From assembly GCF_001194135.2 (NCBI RefSeq), contig NC_068984.1, positions 110,221,489-110,255,998 of the forward strand: a stretch of 34,510 nucleotides of DNA, given 5' to 3'. This document shows, one piece after another, positions 10,656 through 22,140 of this stretch. The translations under genes and the position numbers were made by a program. The stretch is from Octopus bimaculoides. Taxonomy: Eukaryota. The notes beneath the pieces are model-generated. The model saw only the letters and a list, made by a program, of their open reading frames with translations. It was not told where the DNA came from and made no database searches. Numbering within the stretch: position 1 is the stretch's first letter; each line of letters begins with the position of its first letter.

Positions 10656-10880
10656 AAGGTGGCGAGCTTGCAGAATCGTTAGCACCACGTCGGACGAAAT
10701 GCTTAGCGGTATTTCGTCTGTCTTCTCGTTCTGAGTCAAAATGCAACCGGGGTCGACTTTGGCTTTCATCCTTTCGGGGTCGGTATAATAAGTACCAGTT
10801 GAACACTGGAATCGATGTAATCGACTTAATCCCTCCCACCAAATTTCTGGCCTTGTGCCTACAGTAGAAAAGATTATTAT
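10656..10880 (+). mobile_element. SINE family A, full length
   Basis: Head AAGGTGGCGAGCTTGCAGAATCGTTAGC, internal hairpin GACGAAATGC-TTAGCG-GTATTTCGTC, tail TGGCCTTGTGCCTACAGTAGAAAAGATTATTA. Confidence 0.92.
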
Positions 10881-10895
10881 ATGCACACTAAGAAG

Positions 10896-10932
10896 AATCT
10901 GAGTGTCGCAGGTTCGAGTCCTTCTGCAGACG
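10896..10932 (+). pseudogene. tRNA 3'-half-like fragment (tRNA-Lys-like), non-functional
   Basis: AATCTGAGTGTCGCAGGTTCGAGTCCTTCTGCAGACG has a consensus B-box GGTTCGAGTCC with a 4/5 T-stem; no recognisable 5' half. Confidence 0.45.
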
Positions 10933-11604
10933 TGTTTAATTTATAAATCATATGCACATGTTTCTTAGAATAGGTAGGATTTATATATAGAATAATATAG
11001 TCTTATGTGTGGAATGTTGTTGCTTATATATTTGCTAAATGAGGACTGAGTGACCTGGAAAGACAAAATAATAACGTGGAACTTCTTTCTGACCAATGTC
11101 AACGCCGCAACCCACAACATTCAACCCACCTCTTTAAATCCCTTCAACAGCAGCAGCAACAACACTAGCAGCAGCAACAACACTAGCAGCAGCAACATCG
11201 CTTTCAGCCACGCTTTCACAAACATCATCGACCAGTCCCCCACATCAATACTATCACCTATGCTTTCCTCACTTCCTGTACCGAAGTATCCTTATGATTA
11301 AAATGACTGCAATGCCAGGACTGATTAAATGTCCCTCGGCCCTTGATGAACCCAAATAAATAAGTGAAAAAAAAAATAGTAAAACCTGTGGTCAATGTCC
11401 CTTACTCAAACATTCTTTAACCCAATAACATAGCCCCCGAAACAATCATTATGCACTATAATACCTCCCTCTAACCCCTACCACATTCAAATAACCAAGC
11501 AAAAATCTTACTTCTTGCCCTAATAAATGTCTTAAGGGCAATTTCGTAATTTTATCTCTCATTATGAAGTCAAAGGTGGGGGAAGTACTTCCTGTTTTGG
11601 CATG

Positions 11605-11820
11605 TTTGTTTGTTTGTGTGTGCGTATGTGTGTGTCTGTGTGTGAGTGAATATGCGTGTGTGTGTGGATGTGTCCAAGTGTGTCTGAATATGTGTGCATG
11701 TATGTGTGGATGTGTGTGTGTGTGTGTGTGTGTGGAAGCGCGCGCGTGTGTGTGTGTGGAAATGTATGTGTATGGAAGCGTGTGCGTGTGTATGTATGTC
11801 TGAATGTGTGTGTGTGGAAG
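11605..11820. repeat. Degenerate (GT)n microsatellite
   Basis: Direct reading. Confidence 0.95.
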
Positions 11821-11911
11821 ACAGTGCATTCGCTGAAGGTTGATTGAGCTAAGTAATTAAAAAGATGCTCCCATTACTATTATTAAGAACAAAGGTTTTA
11901 AAGACTACCAA

Positions 11912-11943
<32 letters not shown>

Positions 11944-11982
11944 ACAACAACAACAACAACAACAACAACAGCAGCAACAACA

Positions 11983-12090
11983 ATAATGGTTTCAAATTTT
12001 AGCACATGGCCAGCAATTTCGGAGTAGAGGGTAAACCGATTACATCGACCCCACTGTTTAAATGGTATTTTTATCGAACCCGAAGGATGT
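11983..12090 (-). mobile_element. SINE family A, 3' fragment
   Basis: Reverse complement CATCCTTCGGGTTCGATAAAAATACCA...GGGGTCGATGTAATCGG...AATTGCTGGCCATGTGCTAAAATTTGAAACC. Confidence 0.8.
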
Positions 12091-12094
12091 ACCC

Positions 12095-12520
12095 GAAAGA
12101 ACTCGCCATGCCTACGAATTGAAACCTGCCAAGCACGAGAGCCTTTTCCAGGATTGCAGGGAGAATGGATGACGGTAATGGCTTTTCCTATTTGAGACTG
12201 GCTGTAAGGGATTCCTTGCCCAGTATGTATAAAGAATACTTGCAGTCATTGGAAGAGCGGAAAGCGGCCGTGAGCAGGATGGGAGCGGCACCAAAAAGTG
12301 CCTCTTGCTGGTTATGGAGCAAAAGAGAAGTTAAGCTGGACGCCAGGAGGAATGATGAGCAGTGATCTGGCCATTTCTGCTGACCAACCAACGGGAAGGC
12401 GTTACGTTTCAGGGTTGAGACACTCGGTGATCGTTGGATACCGTCTTACGGCATAACTTCCTCCTAGACAAATCTCCATACACTTTGGTGAGTGGAAAAG
12501 AAGCACCTTCTTTTAGGCGT
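12095..12520 (+). mobile_element. RLE-type (HERO-like) non-LTR retrotransposon, ORF C-terminus plus 3' UTR, decayed
   Basis: AYELKPAKHESLFQDCRENG***LFLFETGCKGFLAQ, then EERKAAVSRMGAAPKSASCWLWSKRE, matches the restriction-like endonuclease tail pattern AYERKxxKYxxLxxxxxxxGW...VEVGCRGF...AAExASxWLWxKR. The 3' UTR extent is approximate. Confidence 0.75.
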
Positions 12521-12534
12521 CATTAATAATAATT

Positions 12535-12715
12535 TCTCTCTCATTTTGGCGGAAGACCAGTAATTTTAGAGTGAGGATGCTAGACATTTGCATCAATCTC
12601 AGACCTTGACTGATACTTTATTTCATAGAGTCCGATGAAAAGTAAAGTTGATCGCAATGAGTTTCGAACTCAGATGATAAAGAGCCGGAAGAAATGCTGC
12701 TACCATTTTTACTTG
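12535..12715 (-). mobile_element. SINE family A, highly degraded
   Basis: Reverse complement retains TCTGAGTTCGAAAC, ATCAACTTTACTTTTCATC and AATAAAGTATCAG. Confidence 0.5.
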
Positions 12716-12789
12716 TCAAACTAAGGAGTGTGCTTGCTCGTTCAGCCACGAGTTCTCGAAGAGATACAAAAAAATGATGAAACTTTCAC

Positions 12790-12951
12790 AGGCGCAGGAG
12801 TGGCTGTGTGATAAGTAGCTTGCTTACCAACCACATAGTTCCGGGTTCAGTTCCACTGCGTGGCACCTTGGGCGAGTGTCTCCTACTATAGCCTCGGGCC
12901 GACCAAAGCCTTGCCAGTGGATTTGGTAGACGGAAACTGAAAGAAGCCCGT

Positions 12952-12953
<2 letters not shown>
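12790..12953 (+). mobile_element. SINE family B (tRNA head plus CORE-like segment)
   Basis: GGCGCAGGAGTGGCTGTGTGATAAG (A-box-like), GGGTTCAGTTCC (B-box-like), GGCACCTTGGGCGAGTGTC (CORE-like), ending GACGGAAACTGAAAGAAGCCCG before (TA)n. Homologues at 21422 and 29245. Confidence 0.88.
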
Positions 12954-12989
<36 letters not shown>

Positions 12990-13290
12990 CTTCAAAGAAA
13001 GCTCAAAACTGATCCATTGAAAATACTTTATGATAATAATAATAATAATGAAAATAACCTATGAACATTTCGATGCAATATCCAGAAAAAAANNNNNNNN
13101 NNNNNNNNNNNNNNNNNNNNNNNNNNNNNNNNNNNNNNNNNNNNNNNNNNNNNNNNNNNNNNNNNNNNNNNNNNNNNNNNNNNNNNNNNNNNNNNNNNNN
13201 NNNNNNNNNNNNNNNNNNNNNNNNNNNNNNNNNNNNNNNNNNNNNNNNNNNNNNNNNNNNNNNNNNNNNNNNNNNNNNNNNNNNNNNNNN

Positions 13291-13362
13291 CGATTTTCTC
13301 GACTAAAGGCGTTGCTCCAGCATGGCCGCAGTCAAATAACTGAAACAAGTAAAAGAGTAAAA
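13291..13362 (+). mobile_element. 3' tail of a further SINE-like repeat (5' part in gap)
   Basis: TCGACTAAAGGCGTTGCTCCAGCATGGCCGCAGTCAAATAACTGAAACAAGTAAAAGA; a related minus-strand piece lies at 26737-26810. Confidence 0.6.
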
Positions 13363-14445
13363 GAGGGGTTACAAAGAAAGAATGGATAATACGGTGTGTG
13401 AAGAAACAAGTTTATAAACTATGAAGAAAGTGGTATGCAAAATATGAAAGGACATAGTAAAAATCTTAACGGTACCTACACACACACACACGAGCATAAC
13501 CACCATATTTATGTACATGCACTCATATTTGCATACATATATACCTGCACACGTATACATGCACGCACATGAATGTACATACACACGCATATATGCATGC
13601 GCTATGTGGGCGAATACACATAATTGCTTGGAAATAAATAGAATAATTACAACAAAACAATAATTGAAATACGATATAATTTAAATGAAATAATACATGG
13701 TTAGGATCATGTGGGAGTTGCACGACCTTGTTCATTTATTCATTTGAGAAATTATATCGAGTGCAGCCAAATGTATCAGCGAGCATTTTTGAGACATTTA
13801 ACGTTTAGAAATAACGGCGTCTTGATTGCATTCACTTTTAACTTCAGTGTAATTTTGAAGCATGAATTTTCCTAGTAAACTACTATTTGCATGTTATTGA
13901 TATTCTGAAACGAAATCTGTGGCACCACAGATGCGTAAATCTGTCTATTAACAGTTTGTTTGATTTTCTAAGAATCTTAGTTCATCTTCATTTTCTTCCT
14001 TCATTTTCTTGTGGAGGGATTTCGTTTTCGTTTGCGAGATACTGTTGTGCCTCAGCTATTGCCGTTTTTTAGTACTGAATCTTCTCTTTCTGTAATTTTC
14101 CTGATTTTATTTTCTTTTCGTAATTTCACTTTTTCATATGCAATTATTATTTCTTCCTCATTGCACAATGAAGGTGTGGCACAAGAAGTACTTTTAAAAT
14201 CTGAGATATAACCCCATCTATCTATATTCTTCCGGCCTAAGTATATTTCATTTGTTATCCGCAGAGTTTTAGCTGGTAGTGCTCAGTAAACAGAACTTCG
14301 TTGATTTTTAAAATTGTGCTGTTGATTTTCATTACTTTCACATTTTTGTTTGATTTCCAGTTTTCTGGGCTTTTAACACTGAAGTGTATTTTACTGAATC
14401 AAATGTAGCAACTATGCTTTCTACCCTTTATTATTAATGATACGT

Positions 14446-14635
14446 AAGGTAATGAGCTGGCAGAATTGTTAACACGCCGGGCAAACTGAGTTCAAATTCT
14501 GCCGATGTCGACTTTGCCTTTCCTCCTTTCAGAGTCGATAAATTAAGTACCAGTGAAATACTGGAGTCGATGTAATCGACTTACCCCCTCCCCACAAATT
14601 TCGTGCCTTGTGCCTATTGTAGAAAGGATTATTAA
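14446..14635 (+). mobile_element. SINE family A with about 35-nt internal deletion
   Basis: The head joins directly to CTGAGTTCAAATTC; the internal GACGAAAT hairpin is missing; tail GCCTTGTGCCTATTGTAGAAAGGATTATTA. Confidence 0.9.
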
Positions 14636-15015
14636 TAATACGGAATTTTTCTCGGTGCCTTTTGCTAAAAGCAGTTCCGGTGTGACTCTGATCTTCAGAT
14701 GTCATTTAGACTTATAAATTTAATTTGATGTCCCTACCAACCCCAGATCACCTTTCGTTAAAACCACTTTGACCATTCTCCCGTATATAAAACGTTCTTT
14801 ACTCCTTCCATGTTTTTTCCTTTTTTACTCTGTAAACCTTAGTTAAAGTTTCATATTTTTTCTTTTCCTTCGAGATCTCGTGACTGAGCGAACTGGTAAA
14901 ATCGTTAGCGCGTCGGACCAAATAAATCGTAACATTTCTTACGGAACTTTATACTCTTAGTTCAGATGTAACAACTAAACACAGTTGTTCTGTTGTTATA
15001 CAATCCAATATCTAT

Positions 15016-15051
<36 letters not shown>

Positions 15052-16267
15052 CAACTTTAAATAGAGCTCAAAATTGATCCGTTGAAAATACTTTATTGCA
15101 ACAACAATAACAATAATAATAACAAATAAATAGACCTATGTACATTTCGATAGAACATCCAGAATGATTAATACATATCATAAAATATTATAAAATATTA
15201 TAAAATATAGGATACTCCATCTCCTCAGGGTCCCATTATTATTGCTATCATCACCATCATTATTATTAGCAATACACATCCAAAAAAAACCGAAGCCATT
15301 CAAATCTAATTTTCATAGTTGACCCATGAAAATATACAAAACAGGATGAAAAAGTAGTAGATGGCACACAACTTTCCATCCCAAATGTGCAATGAACGAG
15401 CAAACGGTAAATTACCTCACACACACACACACATATACACGCACACATATGTTGTTAGGTAGATGCGTGCATTTGAAATCAGATAGTTGCAAGGATAGAT
15501 GTTAAAGAAAATTAGAGTCAAAAGTTTACGACAAAATTTCTGTATACTTGCAGAAGATTGAAAGTAGTGAGAGAAGTATTCCTATTAATTTTCTTTCAAA
15601 TGGGTTTATTATTTAGTTTACTTCATTTTATTGTATTTTCTATATTTTTTTTAGAGAATATTTTGTGTATATTTATCTTAATTAGAGTAACCAATCAGAT
15701 ATGTTGAAGAAATTGTAAGCATGTTACTGACGAAGTTTAATTTTTAATCGGCAGTTATTTGCACCTAAACACATATACATACATACATAGAAACGCACAT
15801 ATGCACGTGCACATATTAATATAATTATATATATATATATGGATGGATGTGTGTGTGCATGTGAGAACGTATGTGTGTATTAATGTACATTTATGTGAAT
15901 TTAACGAAATATTTCTCATTTAAAACTGTTGAAAGTATGAAAAAGCAAATAACATTTTTTTTTAAAACAAATATACAAAAATACAATTTTAAATGTACAA
16001 AAATAAAACATACGAGCATAGAAATTAGCATATATAAATAAAAAAAATCTTTGGAGGAATGTATCTTATTTTTCTTTGTTTTTAAATAAATTCCCCCTCA
16101 TTAACAAATACGAACACCTGCTAATAACATCAACTTGAAAACTGAACTAAGAATCACTTCTCGGTACGCAATAGAAAATGAAGGTCAGTAGAAGTTAAAG
16201 TGAAATACTTTTACTCGTTTGTTTATTCACCTCTTCCTTTTTCCTGTTATCTTTTAGTCTTTGTAAA

Positions 16268-16490
16268 GATGTATGGCCTAGTGGTAAGTGTGTTATACTC
16301 TCGTCATATGATCATGGTTTCAATTGATGCCTTGAGAAAAACGTTTCGTTTTGCGTTGCTTCAATTCAATCAGCTATAAACAAATTCCGGTAATATTTGG
16401 GAAGTTAACTCTGTGGTAGACTGTCATCTTGTTCAGAGGGTGAGTGCTGCAATCCCAGCCATTTATACACCTTGGAAACCAGGTTAATTC
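16268..16490 (+). mobile_element. Old tRNA-derived SINE, degraded
   Basis: Consensus A-box TGGCCTAGTGGT, degenerate B-box GGTTTCAATT, then GCCTTGAGAAAAAC and AACTCTGTGGTAGACTGTCATCTTGTTCAGAGGG, reminiscent of conserved SINE central domains. Confidence 0.55.
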
Positions 16491-16543
16491 CCGGCCATTC
16501 CTAGTGCTCAAGACAGAACTGAACTTACAGATATTTTGTCGTT

Positions 16544-16780
16544 AAGGCGGCGAGCTGGCAGAATCGTTAGCACGCCGGGTGAAATGCTTAGTGGTATTTC
16601 GTCTGCCGTTACGTTCTGAGTTCAAATTCCGCCGAGGTCGACTTTGCCTTTCATCCTTTCGGGGTCGATAAATTAAGTACCAGTTATGCACTGGGGTCGA
16701 TGTAATCGACTTAATCCGTTTGTCTGTCCTTGTTTGTCCCCTCTATGTTTAGCCTCTTGTGGGCAATACAGAAATAGGTA
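16544..16780 (+). mobile_element. SINE family A, full length with long tail variant
   Basis: Least diverged copy; tail TTAATCCGTTTGTCTGTCCTTGTTTGTCCCCTCTATGTTTAGCCTCTTGTGGGCAATACAGAAATA. Confidence 0.95.
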
Positions 16781-17114
16781 TTTCGTCTNNNNNNNNNNNN
16801 NNNNNNNNNNNNNNNNNNNNNNNNNNNNNNNNNNNNNNNNNNNNNNNNNNNNNNNNNNNNNNNNNNNNNNNNNNNNNNNNNNNNNNNNNNNNNNNNNNNN
16901 NNNNNNNNNNNNNNNNNNNNNNNNNNNNNNNNNNNNNNNNNNNNNNNNNNNNNNNNNNNNNNNNNNNNNNNNNNNNNNNNNNNNNNNNNNNNNNNNNNNN
17001 NNNNNNNNNNNNNNNNNNNNNNNNNNNNNNNNNNNNNNNNNNNNNNNNNNNNNNNNNNNNNNNNNNTGGGCAATAAAGAAATAAGAATCCCCAGCACATC
17101 GGACAAAAAAAACC

Positions 17115-17290
17115 TTACCTGCATTTCTTTCTGCTCGTTAACTTTCGAGTTCAAAATACGCCGAAGTCGACTGTGTCTTTTATCGTTTCGTAGTCGATAA
17201 AATACGAATCAGTCAAATACTGAGGTCGATGGTAAAGGCTAAACCCTCTTTTCTAAAAATTGCTGGACTTGTGCCAAAATAAGAAACAGT
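17115..17290 (+). mobile_element. SINE family A, 5'-truncated and degraded
   Basis: GAGTTCAAAATACGCCGAAGTCGACTG...GTCGATAAAAT...AATTGCTGGACTTGTGCCAAAAT. Confidence 0.8.
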
Positions 17291-17829
17291 TATTCATTTC
17301 CAATGTTGTTTTTCACTCGAAAGTGTATTGATTGTAGGCGAAATTTCATTGATTAACAATATATTTTAATGTGTTCGTGTCTACATATATTTTATCGTTT
17401 TCAACAATAGAGGGAGAGGATTCATTTGTTGGAAAATAACATTTCTGTTGAGGTGCTGTAAATGGACTGTATCTGATCAGTGTTCAAATATTCGAATGGG
17501 AAGCTGACAATTATACATTGCGTTAAATACCGTTCAACATTAAATAGATGATCTCATATATACCATACCTGCATGCACGCACACTTATATACGCATAAAA
17601 ATACATACATGCATATATATATACATATCTATATACATACATATATACGTGTGTGTGTGTGTGAAATGTAACGTGTCTGGAATGGCACAACAATGCAGAG
17701 TGGACTATAATAACTGTTATAAATAATTTAATTATTCGTAGTCTAATATATTATTTCGTAATATAAAAGTTCCTTCTTCAGATATTGCTAGGAAGTAATG
17801 GAGTCACTGTTATAGTCGGTTTTCCGGCG

Positions 17830-18375
17830 GTTACTGAAATCTATCGGAAGCGTCCCTACAGTGCTCTCACGAAGCTCCTTTCGGAATTCCTCATGAGAAG
17901 TGCGTGAGGGCGGTCATGTCTCGAGCTCGTATGTGTTGGCATATCCGGAGCGCTGTTTCCAAGTTATGTATTATACGTGCATTTTTTAATTAATTTTTTT
18001 ATATATAATGTTTTGTTACATGAGCATGTCACCATCGTGCGTGCAGGGTGTCGATGTTATTAAATAATATAATGATTGTTAATTTCCAGCCTGTTGTTCA
18101 TTTGGAGCCCTAGTCTGTCTATGATGTTAAATAATATAAAGATTGTTAATTTCCAACCTGTTGTTGGAAATTAACAATCACTATATTATTTAACAACATC
18201 GACACCCTGCACGCACGATGGTAACATGCTCATGGAACAAAATATTATATAAAAAAAATTTGAATAAAAAATGCACGTATAACTTGAAAGCAGCACTGCG
18301 GATATTTCAACAGTTACTGAAATCTATCGGAAGCGTCCTTCCAGTGCTCTCACGAAGCTCTTTCCGGAATTCTCA
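17830..18375. repeat. Foldback (inverted arms of about 145 bp) flanked by 64-bp direct repeats
   Basis: Arms 17941-18090 and 18163-18305; direct repeats 17830-17893 and 18313-18375. Confidence 0.92.
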
Positions 18376-18394
18376 CTCCACAATGATAATAATA

Positions 18395-18616
18395 ATGACG
18401 GTTTCAAATTTTGGCACAGGGCCAGCAAATTTAGGGGAGGTTGAAATGGATAACATTAACATCAGTGCTCAACTTGTATTTATTTTATCGAGCCCTTAAA
18501 GGAGGAAAGGCAAGGCCGACCTTGGCCGCACGGAAATTTACCGAACGAAAATCTGGAAGAAATGACGCTAAGCATCTATCTGGCACGGTTAATGATTCTG
18601 CTGGCTCGCCGCCTTA
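18395..18616 (-). mobile_element. SINE family A, full length, diverged
   Basis: Reverse complement begins TAAGGCGGCGAGCCAGCAGAATCATTAACC and ends AATTTGCTGGCCCTGTGCCAAAATTTGAAACC. Confidence 0.85.
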
Positions 18617-20770
18617 ATACTACCACGACTAATAACAATTTCGTAATGAGCCACGAAGGTTTAAAGATGTTGCAAACAGTACAAAGAAAGGGACACAATA
18701 GAGAATGAGGCTTTACACTGATTGAAAGGAGAGATACCAAAAACAAAAGCTAACACATGCAAAAGTAATAAGAAAGGACATTCTTGATGGACTGACTGTG
18801 TGAACAGAAACGGTTCCAAGGTTTACTTCTCTTCATAACATTCCAACGTATATTAATTCTTTTGCTGCATTCTCGAATAGCTGGTACAGGAAATCACTAA
18901 TCTTCTTGAATTCTTGGGATTATCTCGGATTATAGCAGATCTTGTTGTCAGGAGATGTATGTATGATGATGAAGGCGAGTGGTTAGATTACAAAATCTTG
19001 GCTCTATTCCAGAGACAAATTTAGCGAGAAGATAGTCATGAGTCTGTGATAAAGAGATTGACAGATATGAACAGAAGTTAGATTTTTATTTGATTTATTT
19101 ATTTATTGTTATTATTTAATCCAAGAAGAGTGTCAGAGTCCAATACCAGAAACCTTTACAAACCACTTCAGTATGGCCGTATTTATTTGCTTTTATTTTC
19201 AACTGATCTACAAGTTGAATGTTAATAGCGAAAATATGTTCAATGGAGTTTGGGGTTGCATTAGTTTTGTAGTTCTAGGAAGGAAGGATTTGTTAAAATA
19301 TAGTAATCAAGCATTTGAGGAATCGACACAGTATGGATAATGGGAAGAGAATAGGTGTAACATGAATTTAGTTTGTCGGATGGTACGCCGTTTGTTATTT
19401 CAAGTAGCAAATACTATTGTTGAAGTAGAAAAAGAGAAGTCAAATAGATATATTGTCAGTAGAATAGTAGTTATAGAGTACCACTAAGTATTGGTGTGCT
19501 CAGTCGTGCAGTTATATTTTATTTTAATGATCTCCAGAATGTATAATTGCGTCTTTGTGTCTGTGTTTTATGTATGTGTTTGTGTATGTTTGTGAGGTAA
19601 TTCAGTCATTTGACCCATTTTGTTATATTTCTGCTGAAATACAGTCTTTGTTTCAATTAATTTTGAAATAATTCACTCCTTGGGGAAATTAAAAGCATAT
19701 ATTCTCCCCACTGAATACCTAGTATTAAAAGAAAGAATAAGACGAGGAAAATATTTCGAAAGAAAGCAAAAGCAAAAGAACGTGGCTTTCCATAAAGAAA
19801 TGAGCCATCGGGGAAGCTCCAGCATACTTAGATCACATATAACACTAGACTGACAGAATCTCAATAACAAACACAAATAGAACAGTAATACCCACCACCA
19901 CACCACGCCAAACCACATGACTAAGGACAGAAGGGAAGAGAAGAGAGAGAGGAAAAGATCGTAAATAATACACAGATACATACAGGGTAATACACACACA
20001 ATAGACATATATGCACTTACTTGTGATACATATAAGAAATAAAGATAGTCAAATAAAAAATAAAAAAAATAAAAAATATAAATAGATAATAGATATATTT
20101 GTCACATACCTGTGATAAATATAAGAAATAAAGATAGATAAAATAAACAAATAAATCTATATAAATGGCATGGATACAAATAACATACGAAGCGAATCCA
20201 TACACACACAACACACATGCGGGAAATTTCATGGACAGCCACAACAATATCAGCAACACGAATAATAACGACAGCAGCAGCAGCAGTGGCGACAACGATA
20301 GCAATAACAACAACAACAACTACCACGATAGCAACACCGTGGGCGAACACAATCAGAGAGATACAAGAACTGTACCAAATTTTCGGGTCTTAGGACAGTA
20401 GCTGCCCAATGGGGTGAGAGGATGGGGCTGAGAGGAAGGCCATAATGCTGCTAAGAACAATGACACACATATACAAGCATACACACATACACACACGCAC
20501 ACACACAAACAAGGATGCAAACGCATGCGCACATGACGATACACATCTTAGAAGAACAGATTAGAGTAAGTGGAGCACGAGCACACACGAAAACTAAAAG
20601 TGTCGCTGAAGAGATCACAGATGTGTGACGAAAGATTTCCGGACAATGGACATTAGTTAAAACAAAAAAAAATCTAAGAACAATAATAAACGAACGAAGA
20701 ACAAATATAGAGTGCGTGTGTTTACTTGGCAAAAACAAAAACTAACCATCCTGAAATACAATATACATGT

Positions 20771-21004
20771 GTTGGCACTCCGTCGCTTACGACGTCGAGG
20801 GTTCCAGTTGATCCGATCAATGGAACAGCCTACTAGTGAAATTAACGTGCAAGTGGCTGAGCACTCCACAGACACGTGTACCCTTAACGTAGTTCTCGGG
20901 GATATCCAGCGTGACACAGTGTGACAAGGCTGACCCTTTTGAATTACAGGCACAACAGAAACAGAAAGTAAGAGTGAGAGAAAGTTGTGGTGAAAGAATA
21001 CAGC
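20771..21004 (-). mobile_element. SINE family C, 3' half (head in gap)
   Basis: 20940-21004 is the reverse complement of the last 60 nt before the gap in the copy at 32086 (CTTTCACCACAACTTTCTCTCACTCTT...). Confidence 0.85.
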
Positions 21005-21277
21005 NNNNNNNNNNNNNNNNNNNNNNNNNNNNNNNNNNNNNNNNNNNNNNNNNNNNNNNNNNNNNNNNNNNNNNNNNNNNNNNNNNNNNNNNNNNNNNNN
21101 NNNNNNNNNNNNNNNNNNNNNNNNNNNNNNNNNNNNNNNNNNNNNNNNNNNNNNNNNNNNNNNNNNNNNNNNNNNNNNNNNNNNNNNNNNNNNNNNNNNN
21201 NNNNNNNNNNNNNNNNNNNNNNNNNNNNNNNNNNNNNNNNNNNNNNNNNNNNNNNNNNNNNNNNNNNNNNNNNNNNN

Positions 21278-21347
21278 GTGTGTGTGTGTGTGTGTGTGTG
21301 TAGGTATAGATCAATATCCATCTATCTCTCCCCCCTCTCTCTCTCTT

Positions 21348-21401
<54 letters not shown>

Positions 21402-21420
21402 CACACACATACACACACAA
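21278..21420. repeat. (GT)(CT)(AT)(AC)n compound microsatellite
   Basis: Direct reading. Confidence 0.95.
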
Positions 21421-21421
21421 T

Positions 21422-21590
21422 AGGAATTTCTCAGTTTCCGTGCACCAAATCCACTCATAAAGCATGGGTCTGTTTGGGGCTATACTAGAAGACATTTGCA
21501 CAGGGTCCAGCTGAGGTTCAGAAGGATCAAACTCGAAACCACACTGTTGCAAAGCAAACACCCTTAACCGCCTGCCTAATCCTGCACCTA
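21422..21590 (-). mobile_element. SINE family B, diverged
   Basis: Reverse complement AGGTGCAGGATTAGGCAGGCGGTTAAG...GAGTGGATTTGGTGCACGGAAACTGAGA matches 12790-12953. Confidence 0.8.
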
Positions 21591-22105
21591 TACACCAAGA
21601 TTGCACATGAAGAAAGAAGAAAAGAACGAAGAAACAGAAGGTGGATGGTTCGGATTATAATGTCTTAGGTCATACTTCAAGTAGATTAGAGATGATATGG
21701 ATCTAATCACAATTCACAACAGGAGCAAAAGCAGGTGATACAAATAATTTTGACAATGATGACATCGCTGACGATGATGATAGTGATGACACTGAAGATA
21801 ATAGGGATGGTGCTGATGAATAACCAATGAATCTGCTATAAATACATGAAGACGTAAGTTACAAACTAAAAACAGGTGTAGAGTCTAATGAAATCATTAC
21901 AGGAACATCAAAAACGATTTTTTTTTTATCAATATATATATATATAAATATCAAGAATGTAATTGACAAGCAACCCATATTATAATACGAATAATTGCTA
22001 GGTATGGAATAGTAACTTGTTCAAAGCCAATTTAATGCTAACATGTGTTAATGTGTGTATATGTATGTATATGTATATATATATGTGTATGTGAGTATAA
22101 ATATA

Positions 22106-22140
<35 letters not shown>

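Noticed and set aside
14040-14330. Semi-open minus-strand frame (ALPAKTLRITNEIYLGRK...EDSVLKNGNS)
   Set aside because: A-rich strand bias explains the openness; no recognisable domain or splice signals.
17067-17090. Second TGGGCAATAAAGAAATA SINE tail right after a gap
   Set aside because: Probably redundant contig-end overlap with 16760-16777 or a copy hidden in the gap; cannot be resolved.
18850-19080. THDYLLAK...RFCNL on the minus strand, resembling an I-clade LINE C-terminus
   Set aside because: Too fragmentary to call without an alignment.
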